DNA of 59,679 nt, from the NCBI GenBank assembly GCA_010093815.1, contig ML996586.1; one strand, 5' to 3'. This DNA is from Pseudovirgaria hyperparasitica (taxonomy: Eukaryota). A program made the position numbers and the translations under genes. This document shows positions 1 to 12,664 of this stretch, piece by piece. The number at the start of each line of letters is the position of its first letter. The first letter of the stretch is position 1. Under the pieces are notes generated by a model. It did not search any database. It was given only the letters and a program-made list of their open reading frames with translations, and was not told the DNA's origin.

Positions 1-688
1 GGATTCTCATCTGCAGACCCCTCGGTCTCAGGAACGACTTGTTGACATGATCGACAAAACGCCTGCCTCGTACTGTAAGGAGAGCAGTGTCACCTATCTC
101 AGTGCCAATTTGTGAACCTAGACCAGCAAACTGTGCCCAATGGTACGGCATTCCAAGGGCTATGACGCCCTCTTCTGCCATCTGTGAAGGCGGATGTGTA
201 GCCTGGACGATGCTGAGCTGATCGATGAGCCTCAAGAAGTCCGTCTCATGAACATCATGATTCCGCAAGACGTAGCTATAGGCACGAACGAACGGCAGAG
301 GAGTCTGGGTGGCTACATTTGGCGCCATACGGGGTATGACGACTGGTTTCTACGCGATCTGTTCAGTATGTAGAGCAATAATCTCCTTGTCAATCTGCAA
401 GGCAGCATCACAGACCTCGAGGCGCGCATCCGCTACGGATGGGTCGACCGGGTGGATTGGGATCCATCGCAGACTCCGTAATAGTACCAAGTCCTCGCAT
501 TCGTCGCGTTGCGACACGAAGCTCCGTTTTATACCATATTGCTCCTCCTGTGCTCGCTTGATCGGATAGTCCCACGGCATAATGGGCACCGTACAGCCCA
601 TGTGAAGGTAGAGCATCGCCTCGAACGACACAGCAGCGAAAACTGAAGAAACGGAGATAACGATAGGGGAAAATAATTCGAGTATCAA
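1..688 (-). pseudogene. Conserved fungal hypothetical protein (KPVVIP...FVRAY...FLRPRGL type) interrupted by an in-frame TAG; runs off the left edge
   Basis: The frame of ORF 350..688 stays open past the TAG at 350-352 to base 1: ...EQIA*KPVVIPRMAPNVATQTPLPFVRAYSYVLRNHDVHETDFLRLIDQLS...PYHWAQFAGLG...RGRRFVDHVNKSFLRPRGLQMRI. This resembles a widespread ascomycete hypothetical family (recognised from memory, not searched). Confidence 0.55.
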
Positions 689-1918
689 AGTATCAATTGC
701 AGGACTACAAAACGATAGTGAAGGATTCTCGCTGCCAGCTCCTCCTAGCTATATCACAAGACTCGAGGATCGATACAAGGTATATATATATTACCTTAAT
801 GCACTACCTCTACATCACAACGCTAGCAAACTAATGACGCAGTATTGGACTATGCGCTCGCTCTTGACGTAAATACTTACTCTGCCCCCCCCAAATACAC
901 AAACATGCACTTCAGACGTCGATTGCTTAGTTCGAACCAGCACAGTAGCCCACTCTATGTCCCATGCACGCTGCGGAAGATGTCGTACACGGGCGCCAAA
1001 CTAGTCACAACGCTGTAGCTGGCCTCCACTCACTGAATAGCGGCTAGACTATAGTCGGTATATTCCACGAACGGGCTAATGCGATAGTGCGTCGTTGCAT
1101 GTTGCTCACTAAGATGCAAAAGATGAATACGTGAATGGTGGCTGCTTGCGCCTCGCGCCGGAAAACCCATGGGTCACTAGTCTCGAATAATACACGTATA
1201 TATTCATGCGCGGATGTTCAGGTTGTTTGAAACGATCAGCGTCTCACCGGTTTTCAATGGTATGTTAGACAGTGGGTTCAGAACAGAAAAGCATTCGAAT
1301 ATACATAGATGACTTCGCGGCGCAGCGCAGCCAATAGCATGCTTAAGTGCGCTACCCACATCGAGCATTCCGCCCCCATATGCCGCTTGAAAGGATAGCC
1401 GTATAAGCAATAATATGGGAGCTAAGCCCAGACATACTCTACTATATCTATTATACCAGACAGACCGCGGTGTGACATATCGGTATCAGCGTCGTGAGGA
1501 CGTATCTACAAGTTCAGCACCGCTTTTAGAAGAACAAGGAATCCTGTAGCAAAACGCCTTTGATCAGATCACACAGCGCCGAAAATCAAGCTTGATCAAT
1601 TTGCATTTCGCGGGAGCAATCATGATAATAATAACAGCAATAGTAAATCCTGCAGTCTGACATGTGTCGTGAGCAGGGGTTTACCGCTAGCGTGTATGCT
1701 ATGCTCGATCGGGTGCATTTCTCGAATTGGGGGCTAGAACAAACTAGGTATCCCGATCATACGAGAACAGGTGATGAAAGCATGTCGAGCATGTCGGTCG
1801 AGGGTGAGCATATCAGGATCGAGGACGGAGATAGCGGTCCACTAATTAGAGCTTCAAAGGTATGCTTGGTTGGCAAAAGATCAAATTGAGTGGGTTGAGA
1901 AAAAAATGCAAAAGAGAC

Positions 1919-2002
1919 GGGCTCCACCGCGATTCGAACGCGGGGCCTCCTGCAAGCTTGAGCGAACCCAAAGCAGGAATCATACCACTAGACCATGAAG
2001 CC
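1919..2002 (-). tRNA. tRNA-Pro (anticodon TGG) with 12-nt intron
   Basis: Minus strand GGCTTCA-TG-GTCTAGTGGTATGAT-T-CCTGC-TT-TGG-G[TTCGCTCAAGCT]T-GCAGG-AGGCC-CCGCG-TTCGAAT-CGCGG-TGGAGCC-C. Acceptor, anticodon and T stems pair; 72 nt + 12-nt intron after position 37; T-runs downstream (Pol III terminator). Confidence 0.95.
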
Positions 2003-2299
2003 AATTGATGAAAAAAGTCGGTCAAAACTAAAATATATTACATTTTGTCTCTGCATGCTAGCCAATATTTGTAGTTATCCTCATCGGTCACTACCCACGA
2101 TAATACTACGCGATGAGTACGTTACCAGTATCCCACCAAGCATTGATGATACATGCCACACTCAATGGACAGACTGTATACACCTATCATCTCTTAGAGT
2201 CGTCTATTATCTGATGCTATGTTTCTATACTTCTACTGTCTAAGTTCTAGCATCTATGCATTTCTGTTCGACGAATGCATTCGTCCACGAGATACTTTA

Positions 2300-3443
2300 T
2301 CATGAACGCCCCCATATCGACCACCAGCAGCGAACTTCGTCTCTAGACTTCGCGTCACCTGTCCAACCCCAATCATCGTAACCAGTTTCTTGCCCTTGAT
2401 CTATGATGACAAGTTCTATGTCAGCCATGCGCTCTTTAAACTCATCCCTTTCGGCGCAGAAGGCCTCTCGCAGAGGGAGCTCCACGATGACACGCGCATT
2501 CTTGTCCGGCAGGAGTCGTGCGATGATTGCGTTGACCAGCAGTCGAGGATGATCGGAACTGTATAGGGCATCTGCGACCAGTACGACACCGAACCGCATG
2601 GTAGGTAGCTCAGCTGCATCTTTGGTATTCACGTCATGAACACATTGCAACGTAAGTGTCTCTGGTTTTGTCCAGTCCAAGACACCTACACAAGCTTGCC
2701 CTCGGCAACCATCGATAGCATTAACATTGGCATCAACGTTGCGTTGAAGATTAGATACGATATCTGGCAGGTCTGTAAGACAAACTCGCCAACCTAAAGT
2801 AGCGCTAGCACTAATTCCAACGAGTCCTGTACCTGCGCCGAGTTCTAATGCCCATGATCCATGGAGCTCCGATGGTATAGCGATTCGCCGAAGTCGACGA
2901 GCAAGCTGGTATGACGAAGCCCATGTCTTGAGTCCGAGATTGTCTGCAGTCAGCGCCGGCTCATGGATGGCAATCTCAGTGCTGTGTTCTACTGATGGGA
3001 TTCGAAACTTCCTGGTCATGGCGGGCATAGCACTTCGACCTGATCGTTCACTGAGCCTGAGACTTGCTTGCTCCCAAATGAGCTCTTTCGCTTTCTCGTC
3101 GAGTATCCAATCCAAGTTGCTTGAGATTATGCCGGTCAGGTATCTGGGTACACCATCGTTGCTGACAGACATGCTCGGTACAGGCTGCCCGGAGACGATG
3201 GACCGGCGTCGTCGCGTCGAGATTACATAGTCGTCTGAATAGTCTTCTGAATCACTGCATTCCCATGATGGTGGGGCGGAGGTGAGAAGACCTAGGGTTT
3301 GGAGGAGGATATCGGCCGAGGGTTTTGTATAAAGTTGCGGTAGATCGAAGACTGATAGGGATTAGCGTAATTGTAGGGATTTTCGCGCTCCTAGACACAC
3401 CATGCAACTGCTCTGCATTGTCTGCTACATTGCCCTGGCCCAT
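2300..3443 (-). CDS. SAM-dependent protein-lysine methyltransferase (Methyltransf_16 / METTL21-EFM2-Rrg1-like), 2 exons
   Basis: LGLKTWASS, ALELGAGTGLVG, LTDL, LDW and ADALY motifs. Exon 1 is 3443-3401; the GT..AG intron 3352-3400 joins in frame (..EQLHVFDLPQLYTKPS..). Confidence 0.88.
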
Positions 3444-3627
3444 ATTTCAAGGCGCAGTGGTCATCGCCTGGATGCTGTAAGCCTGGCGGTGTCCGATGTA
3501 GAATATTTGGTATTCGTCCGTGCGTCAGGTTAATTAGCGCTGGCGCATACCTACCTGAACGGGCGGTGTCGTCATAGTCCTCGTGATATTTGTAATGTGG
3601 TATGGTGGAGAAGTAGTCGAATCCGGA

Positions 3628-4450
3628 TCATCTCTTCAGAGTATCCTTGAATCCATAGTATGCTTGTTCAATATCAAATTGGAACTCCCGAGCTTGGTCT
3701 TCGGTTAACTTTTCAGACACTTTCATTTGGTTGAGGGTTATCAACCACTGAATAATCTTCGACTTGCTATCAAATTCCTCATCGGTAACCTTGTTCACGG
3801 CCTGTATAATGTCGGCTAGAAGTGGATGCAATGTGTCTTTCTCCAGCATCCCAATCTTGACGGCATCGAGAACTGTAATGAAGTTTTCAGTAGCTGTGAC
3901 CACCAAGATAACATCGGCGTCTGCATTGCCTCCATTATTGGTGGTCGATTTATATGACGAAGCCTCGACTGTCGCAGGGATACCGACCCTTATGCGTTCG
4001 GTTGCTCGAGGACATTCCATCTGTGGCATATAAGCAAGTCAATCATCGTGTCTGGTCCAAGTATACATACATCCCATTCTCTTGTGAATGTTTCGATATC
4101 CACGAAGGCTTTTGCAACTGTGTCATTATTCAAAACAGACTTGTACTGCTTTAAGAGGCGGCTGCAGGTATCTGTGTATTCCACTTCCTTCATCGAATCT
4201 CGAAGGTAAGCTTTCTCGACTGCATCCAAGGTAACAATGATACTATAAAGCTCCGCCAGCGATTCGTAAAGGTCACGCTCAGCGTTCGTCGTGGACAGCT
4301 TAACTTCCTGCTTGAATGTGAGCTACAATGCGCGGCCAGACTCACACGATCTACACTAACCTCATCAAGGCTTATCGTCGCCGAAAGATTAGATATTGGA
4401 GTGTAGCTATAGGGAGTCGGCGCATATGGCAGTTGGCGCTGGTGATACAT
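3628..4450 (-). CDS. VPS28: ESCRT-I subunit Vps28, 3 exons
   Basis: Spliced product contains ERDLYESLAELYSIIVTLDAVEKAYLRD, CSRLLKQYK, CPRATERIRVGIPAT, TENFITVLDAVK and QAREFQFDIEQAYYGF. Introns at ~4309-4360 and ~4021-4071. Confidence 0.95.
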
Positions 4451-4654
4451 AATGTCGCTGTTGGTAAGTAGAATCTCTAATTCCTAGCTCTGATAGTATT
4501 TAAGCTTGCTGAGCACAGCACGTGGATAGTTTGAGCCTAGGGTGCTGTGCCACTAAATGACCCACTTAATTTTCAAGAACTGGTAGCTCTCAGATTTTTC
4601 CCAACACCAGCCGCAACCAACATCTCGCCAACGGCGACGCGATACGCTTCAAAG
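4451..4654. promoter_or_regulatory. Short divergent intergenic region (likely bidirectional promoter) between VPS28 and NOC2
   Basis: Head-to-head start codons at 4450 (-) and 4655 (+), about 200 bp apart. Confidence 0.5.
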
Positions 4655-7004
4655 ATGCCCCAGTCAAAAGCGACAAAGAAATTCGAGAAGAATCGCCTTG
4701 GTGATGTTCTCAAACGCCGAAAAGAATTCAAGAAAATCAAACAACGTGAACAGAAGAATGCCAAAAGGAAGGAGAGAGCTCGAGAGGACGGAGAAACAGA
4801 TGGCAACGACGCCGAGAAGAAGCGCAGCAAACCTAATGACGATGCGCTTAACTCTATGAGTGTGGACGACTTCTTCGCTGGAGGTTTCGAAATACCACAA
4901 GACCCGAAGAATCGCAAACGAAAACGTACAATGCCACCGGAGGATGAGTCAGTGTCTACCAAGAACCATGAAGATACCGAGAGAGTGGAAGTTCCAGTCG
5001 ACACCGAGTCAGATTCGGACGACGGCTTGACTCACCAAGAGCAGCTTTCAATGCTTGCCAAGAATCAACCAGAGTTTTTCAAGAATTTGCAAGACGAGGC
5101 GCCCAAGTTGCTTGACTTTGATGAGGACGCGGAAATGGATGGTCTTGTCTTCAGCGACAGTGAAGCAGACGATAGTGGCAACCAGACGAAGAAGAAATCG
5201 GCATTAAAGAAGGCCGAGGAAGACTCAAGCGAGGACGAAGATAAGGAGATGGCAAAAGAGGTCAAAATACCTCAGGTGAAACAGTGGACCAAGTCTATGT
5301 TAGAGTCAAATTCGTTGCGAACTGCAAGAGAGGTCGTTACTGCGTTTAGGGCTGCTACACGTATAGACGATGAAGATTCTGGAAAATTCAAATACACCAT
5401 ATCGGATTCTGAAGGTCAGTCGCTTGATAATGTCTACATCAAGCGCTCCGCTCATAACTTACAGCATACCATGCGCTTATCATGACGGCTCTTAAAAATA
5501 TACCAACGCTACTTCAACATCAAGTACCATACAAGGAGAGGTCCGATGGTAGAATGTGAGATCTACATCCCGGGACGGCGGTTTAAGGACTAATGGAGAC
5601 AGTCAATTATCAACGGAGTCGAAGAAGTTCAAGACAGTCTCGCCTATCATAAAGACTTTTGTCAACTCGATTCAACAGCTTCTGGAAGACTTATCTGATG
5701 ATGCTACCCTCAGAGTCACCCTCACAGCTGTGCAAAATGTCGCGCCGTATACCCTGACACACAAGAAGCTAGTCAAGGATCTCGTAAAATCTATTGTCGA
5801 AATTTGGTCTGATGCTTCTAACAGCGAGGCTGCGCGCATTGCAGCGTTCCTAGTCCTACGAAAGTACACTGTAATCGGCGATACAGGCATTCGGGAGTCT
5901 GTCCTTCGCGCAACCTACCAGGGTCTCGTCAAAGGCAGTCGTAACACCACGATACACACCATACAGGGTGTCAACCTGATGAAGAATTCTGCCGCTGAGC
6001 TCTGGGGAATAGACGCCGGGGTGGGCTACACTACAGGTTTTACCTTCATTCGACAGCTTGCGATACACCTTCGCTCTAGTATCACCAAAAAGGAGAACGA
6101 GTCGTACAAGAAAGTCTATAACTGGCAATACGTTCACTCTTTGGACTTCTGGTCACGTGTCATATCCCTATTCTGCGACAACCTGCGCGAGGCTATGTCT
6201 GGGAAAGAGTCTCCCCTACGGCCCCTGATATATCCTGTCGTGCAAGTCACGCTTGGTGCCCTTAGATTGATCCCAACATCGCAATATTTCCCCCTTCGCT
6301 TTCAACTCATACGATCCTTGTTGCGTATCACTCGCACAACGGGAACATACATCCCCCTCGCTGCTTCATTATACGAGGTCCTGAACAGCGCAGAGATGCG
6401 AAAGGCTCCGAAGCCTAGTACGCTCAAAGCACTGGATTTCAGCATAAATATACGTACCCCGGCGTCGTATCTGAGGACCCGCATTTACCAGGAGGGTGTC
6501 GGCGAGCAAGTAGTGGAACTCTTCTCCGAATTTCTCGTGCAATGGGCGAGGTCCATCGCCTTTCCGGAATTAGCCTTGCCAGTTATAGTCATGTTGAAGC
6601 GCTGGCTGAAAGAGACGGGCTCTAAAGCTAGTGGTAATAAGAACGGTAAGGTCAATGGGGGAATTTCGTTACTTGTACAAAAGCTTGAAGCAAACTCAAA
6701 ATGGATTGAGGAGAAGCGAGCAAAGGTCGAATTTGCGCCTGAAAATCGTGCTGGAGTTGACGGATTCTTGAAAGAGTGCGAGTTCGATAAGAGTCCCTTG
6801 GGCGCTTACGTTGTGACACAGAGGAAACAAAGGGAAGAGAAGCAAAAGATAATCGAGCAAGCACGAAGAGATGCAGAAAACGATAGGAAGGCGAAGACGA
6901 ATATGGAGGATCAAGAAGAAGCTGACGGTGTCGAGATCAATGGTGACGACGACAGTGATGAAGAGGTGGCTGAGCAGGGAAAGAATAGTGATGAGGATGA
7001 TTGA
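4655..7004 (+). CDS. NOC2: Nucleolar complex protein 2 (60S biogenesis), 3 exons
   Basis: MPQSKATKKFEKNRL start; acidic N-terminus; LMKNSAAELWG, GFTFIRQLAIHLR, VYNWQYVHSLDFWSRV, LRPLIYPVVQV and SIAFPELALP motifs. Introns at ~5415-5464 and ~5556-5602. Confidence 0.95.
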
Positions 7005-7367
7005 AACTGAGACACTAGGACGAAAGTGTGGACGGTCCTTCCATGCCCTATTCGATTACACAGATGGCACAGGCCAGATTCTGTGGAAGTTGAAGCTACA
7101 AATAGAACAATACTTTCTCTAGCCCTCAGGCCGTTACTTGTAGACGCAAAAGACCAGTACTTTGAGCCGACCATTGCCGGTGCCGTAAGCGGAAGTGGCG
7201 CCCCGCACAAGTGCTGTTCACTGCAGAAGATCGGATATGTCTATTGTTCAGGATGCATCACACGTCTCGGCGTGATTGCCCAAGTTCCAGGCCTTGTATC
7301 TCCTGTTATACACTGGGTTTACGACCTTTAAATCAGAATCCAGCAGATAATCTCAAAGCAGCCGGAA

Positions 7368-9293
7368 ATGGATGATCGCACCGGAATGGTTCCCCAACAT
7401 TCGGGAAGAAACATACTACCTTGCTCGGTATCATTCCGTGGCCCCTTAATACAAGAAGATGCTGAACTAATAATCTAGTTCAGCCATTCTTCACGCGATT
7501 GCTACGAATAGCAACCTATGGCACTAATCAAACAGCTATACGTGATCTACGGACAGGGGCGGTGAAGTCATACCTGGATCTACTCAGCGATGCCCTCAGT
7601 CTACGAGAAAGGCTCCTTAATCAGCTTTCTCCGCACGTATTGAGGGCACTCGATGCAGGTGACGAGGTATACATTTGCATATTCGTGCCCGGGTGTTACG
7701 AATACGCCGTGGCTGTGCTCGCCGTCATTGCCCTGGGCGCCGCTGCCGTACCCCTAGCTGCTGTGCTCCCCGTCGAAGAAGCCATCTACTTTGTACATAA
7801 GAGCAAGAGTCCACTCGTTATCGTCTCGAATGCTACGCGCCAAAGGGGAAACGAAGTAAGCCAACTACTCAATCAGAGACACGCGGACACAGCACAGGGA
7901 AAGAATTTCAAGTCTGTCCCTGTTGAGCCATGTGTTGGCACAAACCCGTTACAAGTCGAGGACATATACATCAGCTCCAACCGTTATCTGGATGATAACG
8001 CAGCTGGTTTCGTCATCTTCACATCTGGTACCACAGGCCCTCCCAAGGGCGCCGTCATGCGTCGCGCCTACCTGCACGACACCGCCCTCGGCGTCGTAAA
8101 GCACTTCACCATGAATGCAGCCTCCGTCCTCCTCCACGTCCTTCCCGTACACCACGCCACCGGTGTCGGCCTCATATTCTTCCCGGCGCTCATGGCCGGC
8201 GCCACGCTTGAGTTCCGCAGTGGCTCCTTCGACGAAACCTGGCTCTGGACGCGAATTCGCGACGCGGCCGTAAGCAGAGACCAAGCAATGCGCCTGACGC
8301 ATTTCTCCGCCGTACCCACCATATACATGCGCATGATGCGTTTTTTTCAGAATACCCTTAGCAAGCAGGCGAATAGCGCTGAATACGTCCAGGGCGCTCG
8401 GCAGCTCACAGCATTGATGTGCGGCACGTCTGCATTGCCGTGGCCTGTGGATGACTTCTGGACGCGGCTGCTGGGCCAGAAGATCATTCAGCGGTACGGA
8501 GCTACGGAGATCGGAGCGGTGATTAAGGTGCGCATGGGCGTCGGGGCGGTGCCGCATGGCTCGGTGGGAGAGCGCGTAATGGGCGTGGATATCAAGCTTT
8601 CGGAGGGCGACGAGGGAGAAATGTTGATCAAAAGCCCGGTGTGTGAAATCTACTCTACTCCTAAGAACGCCGCATGTGTGTTAATGTGACCCTCCCAACG
8701 CAGTATATGTTTTCCAAGTACTTGTTTGACGCAGAAGCAACGCGGAACGCGCACGAAAATGACGGCTACTACAAGACTGGCGATAGTAAGTTGCGTCATC
8801 TGACATACGCATGACAACTAACCTTGTTTTCACAGTTGCTCGCCGCGAGGGAAGATTCTACTTCATCCTCGGCCGCGCGTCCCAGGACATCATAAAGTCT
8901 GGCGGCTACAAGATCTCGGCGTTGGACATTGAGCGCGAGATTCTCGCCTTGCCATTCGTTTCCGAAGTCACCGTCGTGGGCGTCGCAGATGCAGAGTATG
9001 GTCAACGAGTGGCTGCGGCTATAACGCTGCGGCAGGAGGGCATGGTGCAGAATTTTCGGGAGACCCATGGTGAGGGCCCGCACTTATTGTCGATATATGC
9101 ATTACGAGAGGATCTCAAGACAAGACTGGCAGGGTACAAGTTGCCTACGTTGTTACGAGTTGTCGAGGGCGAACTGCCGAAGTCTGCGACCGGGAAGGTT
9201 GGCAAGAAGACGCTGGGGCCGCAATATTTTCCAGAAAACTATGAGAGGCATGAGGAGATACAAGTATGGAGACACGTAAAGACGAAATTGTGA
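7368..9293 (+). CDS. AMP-binding acyl-CoA synthetase (ACSF3/malonyl-CoA synthetase-like), 4 exons; C-terminal TKL is PTS1-like
   Basis: IFTSGTTGPPKG AMP-binding motif, LPVHHATG, RYGATE, YYKTGD, GRASQDIIKSGGYKIS and LPKSATGKV. Introns at ~7428-7483, 8640-8703 and 8786-8835. Confidence 0.9.
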
Positions 9294-10241
9294 CTAGTCT
9301 CTTATGGACTATTGGCTGTGCTGAAAATGTACTGAAACTTCCGCCGCCGCTTTAAGTGTCTTCCAGCGACCCGATTTTGTCGCCGTTGCCCTTTTCCATG
9401 CTTCTACAGATCGCCATGTCACAGTCTGATCTTGCGAGATATTTCACTTCGTGCATACGGCGTCCGATCTCATCGCATCTAGCAATAGCTCGAGTTTTCT
9501 CGTGAACTGTACCTTCAGCATTTTCAAACCAAGTTACGACGTGAAGCAAACCCTACCTAGAAAATTATCTAGCTATTAAAGTAAGATCGCGCTACGAAAC
9601 CAGTTTATGGCATCACCTTTGTAGCCCAAACCAAATCCTGACTTCTGATATGATACGAAATGAGTAACAATGTATGTGTACGTAGTAAGACAGTCATGGT
9701 TGGCTGAACTTTACGTCAAGAAATTTGCACATCTTTTTTGACTGAGGATGCCAAGGATATACAGCGATGAATGAGTACAGAGGGTCATTGGGTTGAAGCG
9801 AAGGTTCGGTGAGAGGTGTCTCTTTGTCCCTTGAATTCCAATGAGTAGCCATGTATCAGCCTGCCGTGCTTCTGGCATCCCAAGACGCGGATCAGATTAT
9901 CTGACTATCCCGAGATAGAAACATTGAGGCCTTGTTTTGGACATAGCAGCCAGGTAGAGCTGTTCACGAAGCAGACGAGGCGCAGACATGAATTTGTCCA
10001 AGAGTATCGTTAGGCTTCCAAGGCTGCTTGGGACAAGCCGGCGAAATGAGCTCTTCGACAGAGCGCTCACTGATTGGCCCTGCAGCAAGATCTCACTGTA
10101 GTGAGTGTGAGAGTCCTGGAGATCGTATATTCGTCAGGTTGACCCCAAACTTTGCCGATATATTGCTTGTCGTTTGTGGCAACTGACGAAACATCAAGCA
10201 CCGCCACCGAACATGACACCTTCTGCAAAGATCGTGACCAA

Positions 10242-12162
10242 TCAGTCCAATATCATGAAGGAGCTGCCGTTATTTCTGTCGATTTCCTTCACCGAACGAG
10301 ACGATCGAGGTGATTTTAGTGCCCATATCTTCAATGCCCAAGAACTTCTTGGCGTGATTTTTGATTGCTTATGGCTATTACCACTTTTTCCATCTTCGGG
10401 AGCCTTCTTTGGTAATGGGGGAAGAGGTTTTTGTTTGGCTAAGCGATAGCGGCCACCAGATTTCCGAGGCGCTGCGCCAGTTTTCGAACGCGGTGACCGT
10501 CTACTGCTCTGTGGTGATAGGAGAGTATCCGGGATCGTTGAGAGATATGAGTTTGACGGAGGATTTGTCTCTGGGTGACTGATTGTAATGCTGGGTACGT
10601 TCGAGCGTCTGCCCTTTGTCTTGCCCCTTTTGAATCCATTGAGACCGACAGAGTACGTTGAAGAGTCTTTAAATTCATCAAAGATACCTCCTGATAGGAC
10701 CCGAGAAGTCTGCTTGACAATCTTCTGTTCAGCATCCTCGGTCGAAAAAGTACACCGTCTTCTTTGTTTTGCTACACCGTCTTCTTTGTTTTGCTACAGC
10801 GTCTTCGATGCTTGGTGTTCTAACTGCTTGAGTTGAAAGTAACGGCTCGTGTTTCCATCCATCGAGTTTAAACTTCTGGAGGTCGTGCATGGAATACCAA
10901 ATAGACAACACCCAGAACATATGAGAACCTCGCCGATGTGAAAATCTGTCGTCAAAATTCGTAAACTCACGTTGAATGAGATTAAGAATGTGTAAAATAT
11001 GAGAGTGAGCGATCGTCAAGTCATCTCTGCTTCCAGGCTTAGCTGAACTCGTGCCCGGCATGGAGACTTCCAATGACCCAAGTCCGAGATCGAGTCGGAA
11101 TCTCGAGCTGAGCGGCTCACCGACTGCATACCAGAATGTAGAAACATCGAGCCGGGCGTCGGTGTCTACCGTGCCATCCATATTTGCCATCCACATACAA
11201 TACATGTAACTTCTGCTCATTTCAGCTTGTAGACGTCTAACATCAGTCGCTGGAGGTTTCTTCGTAGTCATAGCTGCGGTAATGAAAATCGTCCATGCCA
11301 GGTTCAGAACTGTGTAAGCAGACATAGGCTTGGACTTTGTTTTAATTTCAGCTCGTTCTTCCAGCAGCTCAATAACTCGTGCGTGATGGTGCCAAAAGTA
11401 GTTTGATCTTCTTAGGGTCTTATGGTTCAATCTTCGCTTGTCCAAAGGTGAGTTCTTAGCATCGTTACGAATGCTAACGAGAACAGGCTGTAGTGGGTGG
11501 TTCGACAGACGCGGCTCTGAAGATTGTGGAGGAGGTAAAATAGCTTTGTCGGTGAGATGTTCTTCGTTGTCTTCAGTCATTGAAGTTGTACTCGGCGGCA
11601 TGCACTTATTGATATTCAGATCCGTAAAACTAACATGCCTAGAAACTTTCGTTGTTTCCTCCCGATGTTCATGACATGTAGGTCCAGACTCAGTGCCAGA
11701 GTCAGCACACAGCAAAAAGGGAACACTATAAACGGACGTCGGTGAAGACGGAGACGCCCTGGCGTCAATCCTGCCATGCTCATCAGCTCCAGGCTGTGCT
11801 TCTGCGGCTTGAAACATTGACTGTGTATCAGAGTTTGATGTTGGGCTAAGTGCGGTCGTTACAGTCGGCATCTTGGGATCACTTAATCTTAGGGGTGCCG
11901 GAGCACCGTTCTGTTGCGATAGAGCGAAGTTGACCGGTGCAGTATCGTTCTCAGCGATAGGTAGTCTCTTATTTATCTCCTGCTGCAGCAAGTTGAGAAG
12001 ACCTGTTGCTTCATTTGGAGGCATAGTGGGCCAATCTTGAATGAAGGGTTCGTGGGTCTGAATACCGTATCCGATTCGCTTGGTATCCTTGATCCAGGTG
12101 TTGAGATTGTCAAATGTCTGCCTTGATCCGTGATAAAACGTTCGTGGGCTGGAATGGAGCAT
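10242..12162 (-). pseudogene. Hypothetical protein, frameshifted by a 22-bp tandem duplication (477 aa as is; 632 aa if one copy is removed)
   Basis: ORF 10729..12162, plus a second frame open from 10751 to TGA at 10242-10244 that joins in frame when one 22-mer is deleted. No recognisable domain. Confidence 0.6.
10752..10806. repeat. Perfect 22-bp tandem duplication (acaccgtcttctttgttttgct x2) plus an 11-bp near-copy
   Basis: 10752-10773 is identical to 10774-10795; followed by acagcgtcttc (1 mismatch to the unit start). Confidence 0.95.
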
Positions 12163-12664
12163 CGGGCTTCGTCACAAGGTGTAGAAGGCAGATTGTGTTT
12201 CTCGAGCGGAAACTCGAATAGATAAGGCGCATAGTCCATTAAGAGCGGTCTAAGAGCTTTGAAAACGAGTAAAGGCCTGCGGGCGGGTGGCGATTGTGTC
12301 TAATAATCTTTGAGCACAATGTACAATGCTGACTATGCATATGCATCTCACACAAGGAGCATTTCACTATGACACTGTTTATAAGAAAGATAATCGCAGT
12401 TGCGGTGTTGTGATCTTGTCCAGTCTGAAGTGTGTGGAACGACATCTCGACGCTTTCAGACTTGTGTCACTCAAGTTGATTTGAGAACAAGGCCTTGCTG
12501 TCCTTCTGGCAACGTTCAGAGTGAAGACACGACGACAGGGACAAGTTCATCAATGGTGACTGGTGAAGTATTCGAAGCGATATTGACATAGGACAGTGTT
12601 AATTACGCTAGCATCGCAGCGGTGTATTGATTGGCTCTGGTCATGTCGAATCGAAAGTACATTG

